From Chiloscyllium plagiosum (Eukaryota), in contig NC_057754.1 of assembly GCF_004010195.1 (NCBI RefSeq), forward strand, positions 646,169 through 710,168: 64,000 nt of DNA, in the 5' to 3' direction. The notes under the pieces were generated by a model. It was not told the origin of the DNA. It saw only the letters and a program-made list of their open reading frames with translations, and did not search any database. Of the stretch, positions 26,101-35,431 are shown piece after piece (the stretch's first letter is position 1; every line of letters begins with the position of its first letter). The position numbers were made by a program, and so were the translations under genes.

Positions 26101-29100
26101 ACAAAATTTAACAGGACTCTAAAATACCCCATCATTGGTATTCCACGAAGGTTTCCATCTTCCCTTGCCTTTACTAAAAATTCGAAGACTGACATTGATT
26201 TTTGTTAGGCTGAAGGAATCAGATATTTATCAAAAAAAAGAGTAAATGGAGTCGAGTAACAGGATTAGGCAGGATCTGATTGAACACAGAATAGGCTGGG
26301 TGGACTGAGAAGCCACCTCTTGCTATGATTTGAAAGATTTTGAAGGGTTGTATTTTAATGCTCTGTCACACATACCACCTCCTCACTAGTTGACAACCTG
26401 TCAAATCACAGAACCAGGAGAAAGTGAGGACTGCAGATGCTGGAGATCAGAGCTTAAAAATGTGTTGCTGGAAAAGCGCAGCAGGTCAGGAATCCTGAAG
26501 AAGGGCTTATGCCTGAAACGTCGATTCTCCTGCTCCTTTGATGCTGCCTGACCTGCTGCGCTTTTCCAGCAACACATTTTTAAGCTCAAATCACAGAACC
26601 GTAATAACACAGAAGGGAGTAATTCAGTCCATTGTGACTGCACCAGCTTTACAAATGAACATCATTACCCACTGCCAATCTCCTCCCTCTTCCCCATACA
26701 CTTGCACCCAATTTCCAGCCAAAGAATTATCCAGTGCCCTTCTTAAATGCTGCAATTGAACCATTGCCACATTTCTAGGCAGTGCATTCCAGACCACAAC
26801 TTTGTGCTGCGTGAAGGTTTGCACATCACTTTAAATGTTTCTCTCCAGCTACCGTACCCAGCATGAAAACCTCGATCAAATCTCCTCTTGGGCTTTTTCT
26901 CTCCAAGAAGAACAGTCCCAGCTGCTTCAATCTATCCTCAAAATTAAAGTCTTTCATTCCTATAACCCTTCTTGTAAATTGTTTCAGCACTCTCTCCAAT
27001 GCATTTATACCTTTCCTATAATGTGATGCTCATAACTGTACACAATACTCCAGATGAGGTCTAACAGGCGTCTTATACAAATTCAAAATCACCTCCTTGT
27101 GGCTCTTGTACTCTGTGCCCATACTAATAAAGCTGAGAATACTGTATGCTTTATTAACTGCTCTCCACCTGTTCTGCCATCTTCCTCGCAAAGTGCATGA
27201 ATCTTATTAGTCACCTATCTGCCCACTCCGGCAACTTGTCAATGTGCTTCTGGAGTTCCATACCATCTCCTCACAGTTTACAATTCTTCCAAGTGTCATT
27301 CATCTGCAAACAATGTCAAATCCTGAGAAATTTCACTCGAAATCTTCCACCAAAAATTATACATTGATCATTACTCTCTGTTTCCTATCATTCAGCCAAT
27401 TATGTATCAGTAAAAGCCGAAAGAACTGTGGATGTTGGAAATCAAAGACTAAAACTGAAGTTGCTGGCAAGGATCAGCAGGTCTGACTTTTCAGTTTCAA
27501 TCAGTTCTGAAATGTTAATCTGAAACGTTAACCCTGATTCCTCTTCACAGATGCTGCCAGACTTGCTGGGCCTTTCTAGCAATTAAGAAACCATATGGCT
27601 TCTATCCCTAACTTTCCTGACAAGTCTGTTGTGTGGCAGTATATCAAGCACCGTTTCAAAATCCATGTACACCACATCAGCAGTGTTACATACATCGAGC
27701 CTTTCTGGTACCTTTTACAGATACTCCAACAGGTTAGTTAATTCGAATTTCCTATTTAGAAATTCTTGCTGACTGTTACTATTCGAGCCACATTTTTCAA
27801 TTTACTTGCTAATCCTATCCTCAATATTTATTCCTAGAAGTCACCCCACCACTAAAGTTAAACAGACTGATCTGTAATTACTGGGATTATCCTTACAACA
27901 TTTCTTAAACAAGGCTGTAATGTTTCCAATTCTCCAGTCTTCTGGCACCTCCCTGAGTTCCAGAGAGATTGAAAGATTATGGCAATCATTTTTTTGGATG
28001 CTGCCTGACCCTGTTGTGATCTCCAGCACTTTTTGTTTTCATTATAGATTTCAGCATCTGCAGTAATTTGCTCCTTCACTTTTTTCAAAATCCTTGGAGA
28101 CATCCTGAATACTTTACTGGAGGACCCTGACAAATGCCACATTCTTCACTCTAACATTCCTGATACACTCAGGGCTAACATAAACAGATGTTTAACCAGG
28201 AGGGGCACCTAACACTATTGCAGAAAAAAAGGCAGGAAATCAGAGTTGAGGATTATCAGTTGTGATAACATTGAATGAGAGAATGAACTTGATCGACCAA
28301 ATGCCTACTTTTGCTCTTACATCTTATCACTCATCCTTCACAATAACATTCCACATTCTTCATTGTAAAACTCTGATGTATCCCACATCCTTCACAATAA
28401 CACTGATAACATATTCCACATGCTTCACCATAATACTCTGTTATATCTCACACTGTTCACTGTAATACTGAAATATCCAACATCCTTCACTGTAACACTG
28501 AAATATCCAGCATCCTCCACTGTAATTCTCTGCTATATCCCGCATCCTTCACTGTAACACAGATATATCCCACATCCTTCACTGTAACACAGATATATCC
28601 CACATCCTTGACTGTAACATTGATATATCCCACATCATTCACTGTAATACTGATATATCCCACAGTGTTCACTGTAATACTGATGTATCCCGAATCCTTC
28701 ACTGTAATACTGATATATCCTACATATTCACTGTAACTCTCTGATATCTCCCACACGGTTCACTGTAACAATGATATGTCCCATATCATTCACTGTAACA
28801 CTGATATATCCGACATCATTCATTGAAATGCTGATCTATCCCACACCCGTCACTGCAATACTGATCTATCCCACACCATTCACTGTAATACTGATATATT
28901 TCATACCATTCACTGTCATACTGATGTATCCCACACTGTTCACTGTTAAGAATCACACAACACCAGGTTAATATGCAAAAAATCACAACCATCTGATGAA
29001 GGAGCAACGCTCCAAAAGCTAGTGCTTTCCAATAAACCTATTGAACTATAACCTGGTGTTGTGTGATTTTTAACTTTGTACATCCCAGTAAGTCTGATAT

Positions 29101-31181
29101 ATCCCATAGCATTCACTGTAACACTGATATATCCCAAACCTTTCACTATTAACCCTCTGATATATCCTACATCCTTCACTAACATTTTGCGAAATCCCAC
29201 ATCCTTCACTATTACATTCTACATTCTTTATTGTTAACCGTGTGATGCATCCCACTTCTTTCACTGTAACACACCAATATAACCTTCTTCACTCATTGTA
29301 ACTCTCTGATAGATATCTTCACTGTAACACTCTTATAGAGTCATTGAGATGTGTACCATGGAAACAGACCCTTTGGTCCAACTTGTCCATGCTGACCAGG
29401 TTTTCCAAAGTAAACTAGTCCTATTTTCTTGTGCTTGGCCTATATCCAAACCTTTCCTATTCATGTACCTGTCCAATTGTCTTTTAATTGCTGTAATTAT
29501 ACCCACTTCCTTTGGTTCATTCCATACACAATGTGTGAAAAGGATGCCCCTGGGTCCCTTTGAAATCTTTCTCCTCTCACCTTAAACCTATGCCCTCTAA
29601 TTTTGGACTCCCTAACTGTAAGGAAAAGACCTTTGCAATTCCCCTTATCTATACCCCTCATAATTTTATAAACCACTAAAAGATCACTCCTTAATCTCCT
29701 ACACTCCAGTGCAAAAAGTCCCAGCTTCTCCAACTTCTTTGTATAACTCAAACCCTCTATTCCTAGCAACATACTTGTAGATCACTCACGGTAACAATCA
29801 GCACACATAGAATCATATAATCCCTATAGTGTGGAAGCAGGCCTATCGGCCCATTGAGTACACCGACTCTCCGAAAAGCATCCCACCCAGACCCACACCC
29901 CATCCTATCCCTGTAACCCGGCATTTCCCATGACTAAATCACCTAGTCTGCACATCTCTGGACACCATGGGAGATTTTAGCACGGACAATCCACCCTAAC
30001 CTGCACACCTGTGGACTGTGGAAGAAAACTGCAGACATGGGGATAATGTGCAAACTCCACACAAACAGTCGCCCGAGAGTGGAATTGAACTTGGGTTCCT
30101 TGTGCTCTAAGGCAGCAGTACATTATGAAGCCAAATACATTCCAGGAGAAACAGAAGTACCTGGTGAGCTGTGGCTGGGCTGCTGGTAGAGCTGGTGTGT
30201 CAGGGTCTCTCTCTGCTGCGCTTGTACCCTGTAGTGTTGTCTTTCACCATACAGGAATTGAGGAGGTGCATTGAATGAGTGGTGGAATTGCTCAAACTTT
30301 CCTGGCTGACACTGGTGTGGGTGGACGGGCCCCTGGACAGGCTCCCTGCTAATCTGCATGTGCTGCAACAACTGATGATGACTTGGCTGCTGTACCTGGT
30401 GGTAGGGGCCCATTTGGTGCTGGCTGTCACTCTGCTGTTTGGTGTCACCTGAGGGTTTGTGGAGCTGATGTTGCTGCATTTGGATGGCGGGCTGCTGCAC
30501 GATATCTTGCGCCATCTGCTGGCTGACAGTGGGAGGCTGCTGCTGCTGCAGCCCTGCCATGCGCCGCAGCTGAGGGTAGCTATAATGCAGCGACTGCGGA
30601 AGTAAAACTTTGGGCTGCTGGTTTGTGGGCATGCATGGCACGTGCTGAGACACTCTGGGCTGAGGGTAGCGTTCTGCTGGTGCTTTCTGCAAGAGCATTT
30701 GCCGCAGTGTGATGTTCTGTGTGTAGCTGCCTGTCACGCTGGAGCTGTGACCCAGAGAGTGTCGGTTCGCGAAGGCTTTGTTGAATGAGTCCAACTTCCC
30801 ATCCGCTCGTTTAGGCAGCTGCAAATCGCACTGTTCGAGGAGGCCATAAGTATGCCCACTTGCTGCTCTCACCAGTCTAGGATCACTGGGCTCTTGCTTC
30901 ACAGTTACTTGGTTGCTGATGTCTGAGTGGTCCCAGCCAGCATTCCCAGTCAGCTCCAACCCTTTGTGTCCACCCAACTCCAGCCTGCCAGCCTCCATGG
31001 GGTCAGGATCGAAGCAGGATGAGACAGGAGAGTTTGACTCTGGGACACTCTCCAGTCCAAGTGTGTGTGAGAGGCTGCTGTCCATCCCAGGCAAAGGGCC
31101 ACACTGCCCTTGGTGACGTTGAAAATAAAGCAGTCCCGCTCCCTCGCTGGTCTCTGGCTGGTTCAGCTGTTGCTCGCCCAT
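2047..31181 (-). CDS. TRERF1: Multi-exon gene: transcriptional-regulating factor 1-like ELM2-SANT corepressor (TRERF1/MIDEAS/ZNF541 family); join of 12 coding exons, 803 codons, 3' end uncertain
   Basis: Exons 31181-30161, 25268-25090, 22852-22809, 20312-20174, 15470-15288, 13970-13739, 12131-12077, 10528-10386, 8338-8235, 6243-6168, 3584-3496 and 2190-2047 all have AG/GT ends and chain in one open frame. Family motifs recalled from TRERF1: MGEQQL, KLDSF..FAN, LRQMLLQK, ATLYRSYLRS, YTPLPMLNP.R..SGLFSN, ELM2 and SANT. The symbol marks the closest family member; strict orthology is not established. Confidence 0.88.
2371..2999 (+). mobile_element. 5'-truncated CR1 LINE (RT C-terminus plus 3' tail)
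   Basis: Translates as LYKTLVRPHLEYCVQFW...RRRLRGDLIE...FFTQR; tail ctgtattgttcta. Confidence 0.9.
3217..3410 (+). repeat. 33-bp satellite array (cagcactgaccctccgacagtgcggcactccct type)
   Basis: About 6 visible tandem units. Confidence 0.85.
3496..3584 (-). CDS. TRERF1: Coding exon 11 (SANT N-half, GSSNWTPSERRVFNKAFGVHRKDFHMVQKM)
   Basis: Acceptor tctttttctgacag, donor ATG|gtatgt; SANT motif WT..E...F.KA.....KDF. Confidence 0.93.
3845..4745 (-). mobile_element. Deu-domain SINE (SacSINE1/AmnSINE-like) continuous with a 33-bp tandem array (about 4095-4745)
   Basis: Reverse-complement Deu/3' tail blocks (aaagcactttacagccaat, tttaacatctcacctgaa) run directly into the array. Confidence 0.65.
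5030..6010 (-). mobile_element. Old CR1/L2-group LINE fragment
   Basis: Reverse strand matches the RT motif STIYKAQVRSVMEYSPL seen at 51.9 kb. Confidence 0.7.
6168..6243 (-). CDS. TRERF1: Coding exon 10 (ATLEMLLLNNGARPTSHRLADYHYTG)
   Basis: Acceptor tttttgtgatcaaag, donor CAG|gtacag; ELM2-SANT linker LEMLLL...H.LA.YHY.G. Confidence 0.92.
6340..7190 (+). mobile_element. Decayed CR1 LINE RT fragment
   Basis: Remnants of FADDTKL, LMRPHLE and DLIE motifs with stops and frameshifts. Confidence 0.7.
7200..7795 (-). mobile_element. CR1/L2-group LINE 3' end
   Basis: gggccagcatttattgccc...gagaaggtgg tail and RT block shared with other copies. Confidence 0.7.
8235..8338 (-). CDS. TRERF1: Coding exon 9 (ELM2 C-half, [27 protein letters not shown])
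   Basis: Acceptor ctctgtgctttcag, donor ATG|gtaaat; conserved CSS..PGGG.N.E..LH motif. Confidence 0.93.
8430..8650. mobile_element. Palindromic (hairpin) Penelope-associated element
   Basis: Inverted arms ctggagaaactcagcaggtctg / cagacctgctgagtttctccag around a gacccttcttcag / gaagaagggtc core. Confidence 0.6.
8825..9240. mobile_element. CR1 endonuclease fragment with internal inversion
   Basis: The plus part ends at GGVALLVKD-like sequence; the minus part restarts with the same motif and reads ...VVVMGDFNFPNIDW. Confidence 0.75.
10386..10528 (-). CDS. TRERF1: Coding exon 8 (ELM2 N-half, CVNIGPTFQAVIPD...HKADLVWKPW)
   Basis: Acceptor ctttctctctctccag, donor G|gtaagt; ELM2 motif (I/V)NIG..FQA.IP. 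Confidence 0.93.
11705..11930 (+). repeat. Degenerate minisatellite (acagattaacacac...tcctgta)
   Basis: About 5 imperfect units. Confidence 0.6.
12077..12131 (-). CDS. TRERF1: Coding exon 7 (55 nt, NGFEFVHQNCTATVNNPFP)
   Basis: Acceptor tttctttgaacag, donor CC|gtgagt; phase 1 in, phase 2 out as required; supplies the Pro preceding the ELM2 start. Confidence 0.8.
12350..13030 (+). repeat. 51-bp minisatellite (ctgtacagttacacagtgagtgacccttaccctgctgaataaacactgact), about 13 units
   Basis: Direct inspection; also appears as the 17-aa periodic ORF 12635-13045. Confidence 0.92.
13739..13970 (-). CDS. TRERF1: Coding exon 6 (ATLYRSYLRS and YTPLPMLNPNRKSSGLFSNL motifs)
   Basis: Acceptor tgtgttattctacag, donor A|gtaagt; contains the family signature YTPPPMLSP-R-GSGLF-like motif. 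Confidence 0.9.
14048..14293 (-). mobile_element. HE1-type shark SINE (5'-truncated)
   Basis: tttgcacattctccccgtgtctgcgtgggtttcctccgggtgctccggtttcctcccacagtccaaag core on the minus strand plus a CR1-like tail. Confidence 0.85.
14320..14745 (-). mobile_element. Deu-domain SINE with an internal 31-32 bp triplication (about 14425-14519)
   Basis: Deu blocks in reverse; cagttcacacagagcacattcccagggacag occurs 3 times in tandem. Confidence 0.6.
15288..15470 (-). CDS. TRERF1: Coding exon 5 (NDGEKLLRDG...DMPTLTRIADVSAQE)
   Basis: Acceptor ctgcttcttttgtag; NDGEKLL and DMPTL resemble TRERF1 EEGEKVL and EMPVL; the donor GAG|gtggat is weak, so the 3' boundary is less certain; phase 0/0. Confidence 0.7.
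15800..16270 (-). mobile_element. CR1 LINE RT fragment
   Basis: Reverse of ggtgaccttatagaggtttac and ctggaatactgtatccagttctgg. Confidence 0.75.
16455..17250 (+). mobile_element. Decayed Penelope-like element (RT C-terminus plus GIY-YIG endonuclease remnant)
   Basis: Pieces read KFTFEMEQ, VYHK..FT, YWDSYS, NRALAI, GYPDQI, KDVLP...VVYE, DSAI..HLLNNP.CA.NY....FK, with stops and frameshifts. Confidence 0.75.
17455..17690 (+). mobile_element. SINE/LINE-tail family fragment
   Basis: ccacattgttgtgggtctgaagtcatac...ccttccctaaaagacat block, also at 60.4-60.66 kb and reversed at 50.3-50.5 kb. Confidence 0.55.
17736..18178 (-). mobile_element. Solo LTR-like element with internal duplications at its TATA region
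   Basis: Minus strand reads caatcagg...tataaccaggag...attaagggtgacctggtgacag...ttatttca; homologous to 62839-64000. Confidence 0.6.
19405..19600. mobile_element. Palindromic Penelope-associated element with two opposed hammerhead-like cores
   Basis: Minus strand ctgatgaagggtttattcccgaaacgtc; plus strand ctgatggagggcttatccccgaaacatt. Confidence 0.6.
20174..20312 (-). CDS. TRERF1: Coding exon 4 (degenerate C2H2-type finger FTCGYCKEQFHSLSALHIHTGSNEC)
   Basis: Acceptor tctttctttgtcgcacag, donor CAG|gtcagt; aligns with the first TRERF1 finger ([23 protein letters not shown]). Confidence 0.85.
20532..21210 (-). mobile_element. CR1 LINE 3' fragment
   Basis: ORF 20902-21270 reads LYRTLVRPYLEYCVQFW; the tail is at 20535-20580. 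Confidence 0.88.
21310..21585 (+). repeat. 33-bp satellite array attached to a Deu-SINE remnant
   Basis: gaaagatagcaccttcaacagtgcagcactc followed by tandem units. Confidence 0.7.
21590..22405 (+). mobile_element. CR1 LINE RT fragment with internal deletions
   Basis: GKSCLMNLTEFFEEVT, YMDFSK and LRGDLIEVYKIM motifs joined across deletions. Confidence 0.88.
22809..22852 (-). CDS. TRERF1: Coding exon 3 (44-nt small exon, AHQIPQACARMSDQ)
   Basis: Strong acceptor ttgtttttgttcttgcag and donor AAG|gtaatg; phase 0 in, phase 2 out exactly bridges exons 2 and 4. Confidence 0.75.
23111..23430 (+). mobile_element. HE1-type tRNA-derived SINE, near full length
   Basis: A-box tggcacagtgg, B-box-like ggtttaattcc, central core and (tctaa)n tail. 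Confidence 0.88.
23535..23872 (-). mobile_element. HE1-type SINE, opposite orientation
   Basis: Reverse-complement head ggtggcatggtggctcactgctgcctcac and the same core. Confidence 0.85.
25090..25268 (-). CDS. TRERF1: Coding exon 2 (VQSPQQLNN...PPGIFWQQ)
   Basis: Acceptor ctccttgtgtttcag, donor CAG|gtaggg; phase 1 in, phase 0 out; the ending resembles TRERF1 SAMWPQ. Confidence 0.8.
26415..26590. mobile_element. Palindromic Penelope-associated element with a hammerhead-like core (26489-26528, +)
   Basis: Arms gagcttaaaaatgtgttgctggaaaagcgcagcaggtcagg and its exact reverse complement; core ggaatc-ctgaaga-a-gggc-ttat-gcct-gaaac-gtc-gattct. Confidence 0.7.
26600..28100 (-). mobile_element. Old CR1 LINE fragments with nested hairpin elements
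   Basis: VPEDWRIGNITALFKK...NYRSV (27841-28029) and reverse RT C-terminal blocks. Confidence 0.65.
28330..29335 (+). repeat. 30-bp minisatellite (cactgtaatactgatatatcccacatcctt), interrupted by a hairpin element at about 28945-29080
   Basis: Direct inspection; 10-aa periodic ORFs. Confidence 0.88.
29335..29782 (-). mobile_element. CR1 LINE 3' fragment
   Basis: ORF 29497-29772 reads LGLFALECRRLRSDL...GHRFKVRG. Confidence 0.8.
29808..30120 (-). mobile_element. HE1-type SINE about 40 bp downstream of the exon 1 donor
   Basis: Same core and B-box-like ggaattgaac/gttcaattcc as the other copies. Confidence 0.8.
30161..31181 (-). CDS. TRERF1: Coding exon 1 (Q/H/P-rich N-terminus, 340 codons plus 1 nt)
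   Basis: gccATGG Kozak context at 31181; MGEQQL start, KLDSFNKAFANR and TLRQMLLQK resemble the TRERF1 N-terminus; donor CAG|gtactt (phase 1). The acceptor ctgctttgtttcag puts the exon start at 31253, giving 72 nt of 5'UTR. Confidence 0.88.
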
Positions 31182-31384
31182 GGCTTGAACCCACTCTGGC
31201 TAATTTGTGTATGCCAAGGAAGTCTGCAGGTCATCAGTCACCAGAGCTGGGAGCTGAAACAAAGCAGAGGCATTAGCCATGAATCAATTAGGCTTAACAT
31301 TCACTGGGTGGGCGGCTGAACAGGAGGGGCTGAATGTCAGAATTTGAACATGTGTGTACGTGTACGTGTGTGTGTGTAGGAGGG

Positions 31385-32180
31385 CACACACGCTCACATG
31401 CTGTCTCACATAAACTCATCATCTCAAACCTCTCACACACACACTCTCACTTACATTCACAGATCCTCTCTCATACACACACTCACACACTCCCTCCCTC
31501 ACATACACTCTCACACTTTCACACTTACATGCTGTCTCACATTCACACACACACTGACATGCTCACAGAGCCTCTCTTACACTCTCAAATACCCACACCC
31601 AAATGCCCTGTACCTCACACATACACTCTCACAGGCCCTCTTTCTCACTCCCTCACACACACTCTCCCTCACACACTCTTTCTCTCACACTATCACATTC
31701 TCTCTCTTTTCCACACTTGGTCTCTCACATGCTGTGACTCTCGCGTGTGCATGTCCCGCACAGAAACAAACTCTCTGTCTCGTACACTGTCCCTACCACA
31801 CACTCTCTGTTACACCATGTCTCCCTCTCTCACCCTGTCATACACCCTCTCTCTCACAAACTCACTGTCTCACACATTCTCTCTCGTGTACTATCTCCCA
31901 CATGCTCTTTTTCACACCCTCTCTCACACCCTCTTTTACACATTCTCTTACATACTCTGTCCCACATGCTCCCTCACATTCCCTCTCACAAACACACACT
32001 GTCTCTCAGACACCCTCTCTCTCTCCCACACCCTTTCTCACATTCTCTCTCTCACACACTCTCCCCACCTCTCTCTCACTCACTCTCACACACTGTCTAT
32101 CTCTCACACACCATCTCTCTCACACTCTCTCTCTTTCCCGCACAATGTCTATCACACACACTCACATTCTCACTGTTACT
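31385..32180 (+). repeat. (CA/CT)n low-complexity tract, about 800 bp
   Basis: Almost entirely C/A/T dinucleotide runs. Confidence 0.9.
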
Positions 32181-32607
32181 CCTGTAAACACAGACTGAGA
32201 TCCATATTTGAGGCCTTGACTGAGAGATTTTATTCACTGGAATCATCAAAAGAGTTTTCAAATTAGCAGTTTGGTTAAATGTTTTATATCAAATTATCAT
32301 TGTCATGAATGGTGCAAGAAGTTCCCCGACATTGAGAAAATATTACTGGACATGGGGAAACCAGATGGTGTGCCTTTTCAAAATGAATTTTAACCAAAGA
32401 ACAGATAAGCATCAGCCACTCTATTTCTCAGTAATTCTCATTTACAAATATTTGGATCTTAGTTATACCCATGACAGTAATAATTAATCATTTGACAAAG
32501 TATTCTGCTCACTAGATGATGGACAATGATAATAGGAAATGAAGTATTTTTCTCTTCATTTCATAATGTCTTGAGTGACAAGATTTACCATCAGATTGCC
32601 TCCAAGA

Positions 32608-32785
32608 TAGGGACAGCACAGGGTTAGATACAGAGTGAAGCTCCCTCTACACTATCCCCTTCAAACACTCCCGGGACAGGGACAGCATGGGGTTAGATAC
32701 AGAGTAAAGCTCTCCTAACACTGTCCCTATCAAACATTGCCAGGGCAGGGACAGAATAGGTTTAGAGACAGATTAAAGCTACCTG
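32608..32785 (+). repeat. ~70-bp tandem repeat, 2-3 units
   Basis: gggttagatacagagtaaagctc units. Confidence 0.75.
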
Positions 32786-32851
32786 TACAAATAATAAAGA
32801 TCTGCAGATGTTGGAAATCTGAAACAAAAACAGCTCTGAAAAAGGGTCACT

Positions 32852-34103
32852 GGGTTTTGTGTGTGGGAAATCATGTCTCATGAGCTTGATTGAGTTTTTT
32901 GAATAAGTAACAAAGAGGATTGATGATGGCAGAGCGGTATACATGATCTATATGGACTTCAGTAAGGCGTTTGACAAGGCAACCTTGTGAGACTGCGAGC
33001 AAGGTTAGATCTCGATACACAATTGGCTCAAAGGTAGAAGACAGGGTGGTGGTGGAGGGTTGTTTTTCAGACTGGAGGCCTGTGACCAGTGGAGTGCTAC
33101 AAGGATCGGTGCTGGGTCCTCTATTGTTTGTCATTTATATAAATGATTTGAATGCGAGCATAAGAGGCACAGTTAGTAAGTTTGCAGATGACACCAAAAT
33201 TTGAGTTGTAGTGGACAGAAAATAAGGTTACCTCACATTACAACAGGATCTTGATCGGATGGGCCAATGGGCTGAGTAGTGGCAGATGGAGTTTAATTCA
33301 GATAAATGTGAGGTGCTGCAGTTTGGGAAAGCAAACCTTAGCAGGACTTATATACTTAATGGTAAGGTCCTAGGGAGTGTTGCTGAACAAAGAAACCTTG
33401 GAGTACAGGTTCATAGCTCCTTGAAAGTGGAGTCGCAGGTAGATAGGATAGTGAAGTAGGCGTTTGGTATGCTTTCCTTTATTGGTCAGAGTATTGAGTG
33501 CAGGAGTTGGGAGGTCATGTTGCAGCTGTACAGGACATTGGATAGGCCACTGTTGGAATATTGTGTGCAGTTCTGGTCTCCTTCCTATCGGAAGGATATT
33601 GTGTAACTTGAAAGGGTTCAGGAAAGATTTACAAGGATGTTGCCAGGATTAGAGGATTTGAGCTACAGGGAGAGGCTGAACAGGCTGGGGCTGTTTTCCC
33701 TGGAGCGTCGGAGGCTGAGGGATTACCTTTTAGAAGTTTATAAAATCATGAGGGACATGTATAGGATAAATAGACAAAGTCTTTTCCCCGGGGTGGAGGA
33801 GTCCAGAACTAGAGGGCATAGGTTTAGGGTGAGAGGGGAAAGATTTAAAAGGGACCTACGGGGCAACTTTTTAACGCAGAGGTAGTGTGTGTATGGAATG
33901 AGCTGCCAGAGGAAGTGGTGGAGGCTGGTACAATGACAACATTTAAAAGGCATTTGGATGGGTATATGAATAGGAAGGGTTTGGAGGGATATGGGCCGGG
34001 TGCTGGCAGGTGGGACTCGATTAGGTTAGGATATCTGGTTGGCATGGACGAGTCGGACCGAAGGGTCTGTTTACATGCTATATATCTCTATGACTCTATG
34101 ACT
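32852..34103 (+). mobile_element. CR1 LINE RT region and 3' end (decayed)
   Basis: [21 protein letters not shown] and KFADDTK motifs; (ctctatga)n tail. Confidence 0.92.
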
Positions 34104-35431
34104 CAAAATGTTGAGTTTGCTTTCTCTCCACAGAATCTGCCAGACCTGCTGCGGTTTTCCAGAAATTTCTGTTTTTGTTTCAAAGCTCTCTCCAATTAAT
34201 CAAATGATGTGCAAACAATCATTTAACACTAGGTCACCCTCCCCAGATTTGCAAGATCAATGATATGTTGACTGGAGTTGCCAGCTGCAGAAATGGTACA
34301 TTGGCAGTGTGTGGATTTTGATTTGTAATCCTGGTATAGTATTTATTTTCCAGATATTAATTTATAGACTCCCAAGCAGTCCTGCTTTCCACAACAGCTC
34401 TTACTGGGAGTCCTCTACTTGGTCACTTGTGCTTACTAGCAACCTCAAATAATATACTGGAAGCAACTGTATGTCACCCTCACCCTGGTGGAACATTGCG
34501 AATTTCTGGTATGTGACAAGGTTTCCCAGCCAGGGTGTTTCAGAGCTAACCTGTGGGATTGGGTGGTTGGCATTGGCAGAGATTGGACACTGAAGTATGC
34601 TATGGTCTTTAGTCTTTAATGTAATCCTGTGATGTCACTGGTCACCATAACACTGAACAGAATAAAACAAAAGTTGGGCTGAAAGCACCTCAGCAGTTTG
34701 TATTTATGTGGCCATAATTCTCTTCCTTGCTTGCAAATCTCCCCTATAGCCTTATCCCTCATTAACTCTTGAAACCTCTTCGAAGTCCTTCAAGATCTCT
34801 GCACACTTCTACTAATGTACTCTTGCAAATGTCTGACTATAATCACTCCTCCAGTGATGCTGTCTTTTCAGCTTCCTGGGCCCTAAAGTTTGGGGGTCCC
34901 TCCCCAAATCTCCTTCCCTCTCTGCTCAGCTCAGAGAAGGCTATGAGGCGATCTGTTAGGACTCAAAGTCACGATAGGCCTAAGCGAGAAAATGTTCCTA
35001 CTTGTGAAAAAATCACGAACAAAATTGTGCAAATTTAATTTGGTTAGCAAAAGGAGCAAAATCTTTGTCACTCAGTGAGTGGTCAGGGTACAGGATGTGC
35101 TCTCTCAGAGTGTAATGCATTCAAAAGGGAATTGGACTGTTCTCTGCAAAAGAACAGTGCACAGATTTGTGGGGAGAGAACAGGGGAGTGGCATTCACTG
35201 AAATGCCTACTGGGAGCACAGACACAATGGGCTGAATTGTTTCCTCCTGCACTAAACCAGTTCAGTGATTCTGAAAGAGAAAGGGAACATTTCCAGGAAG
35301 ATTACTCTTTGATTTGATAGTTGTGCAGCTTTCATGGCTGTTTCTGTCTTACTCTTGGTTTTCCTTCTGGTCCTTATAAGGGTAGGCCCTTGAGGAGACG
35401 CAGTCTGATTAATAATCTGAAAGAAAGACTC

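Noticed and set aside
30123..30160. Last 12 codons of the 352-aa ORF
   Set aside because: Intronic read-through past the CAG|gtactt donor; exon 2 continues in phase 1. A truncated isoform cannot be excluded but has no support.
31334..32266. 310-aa, 266-aa and 146-aa H/T/L/S-rich ORFs
   Set aside because: Products of the (CA/CT)n tract, which lacks stop codons by composition.
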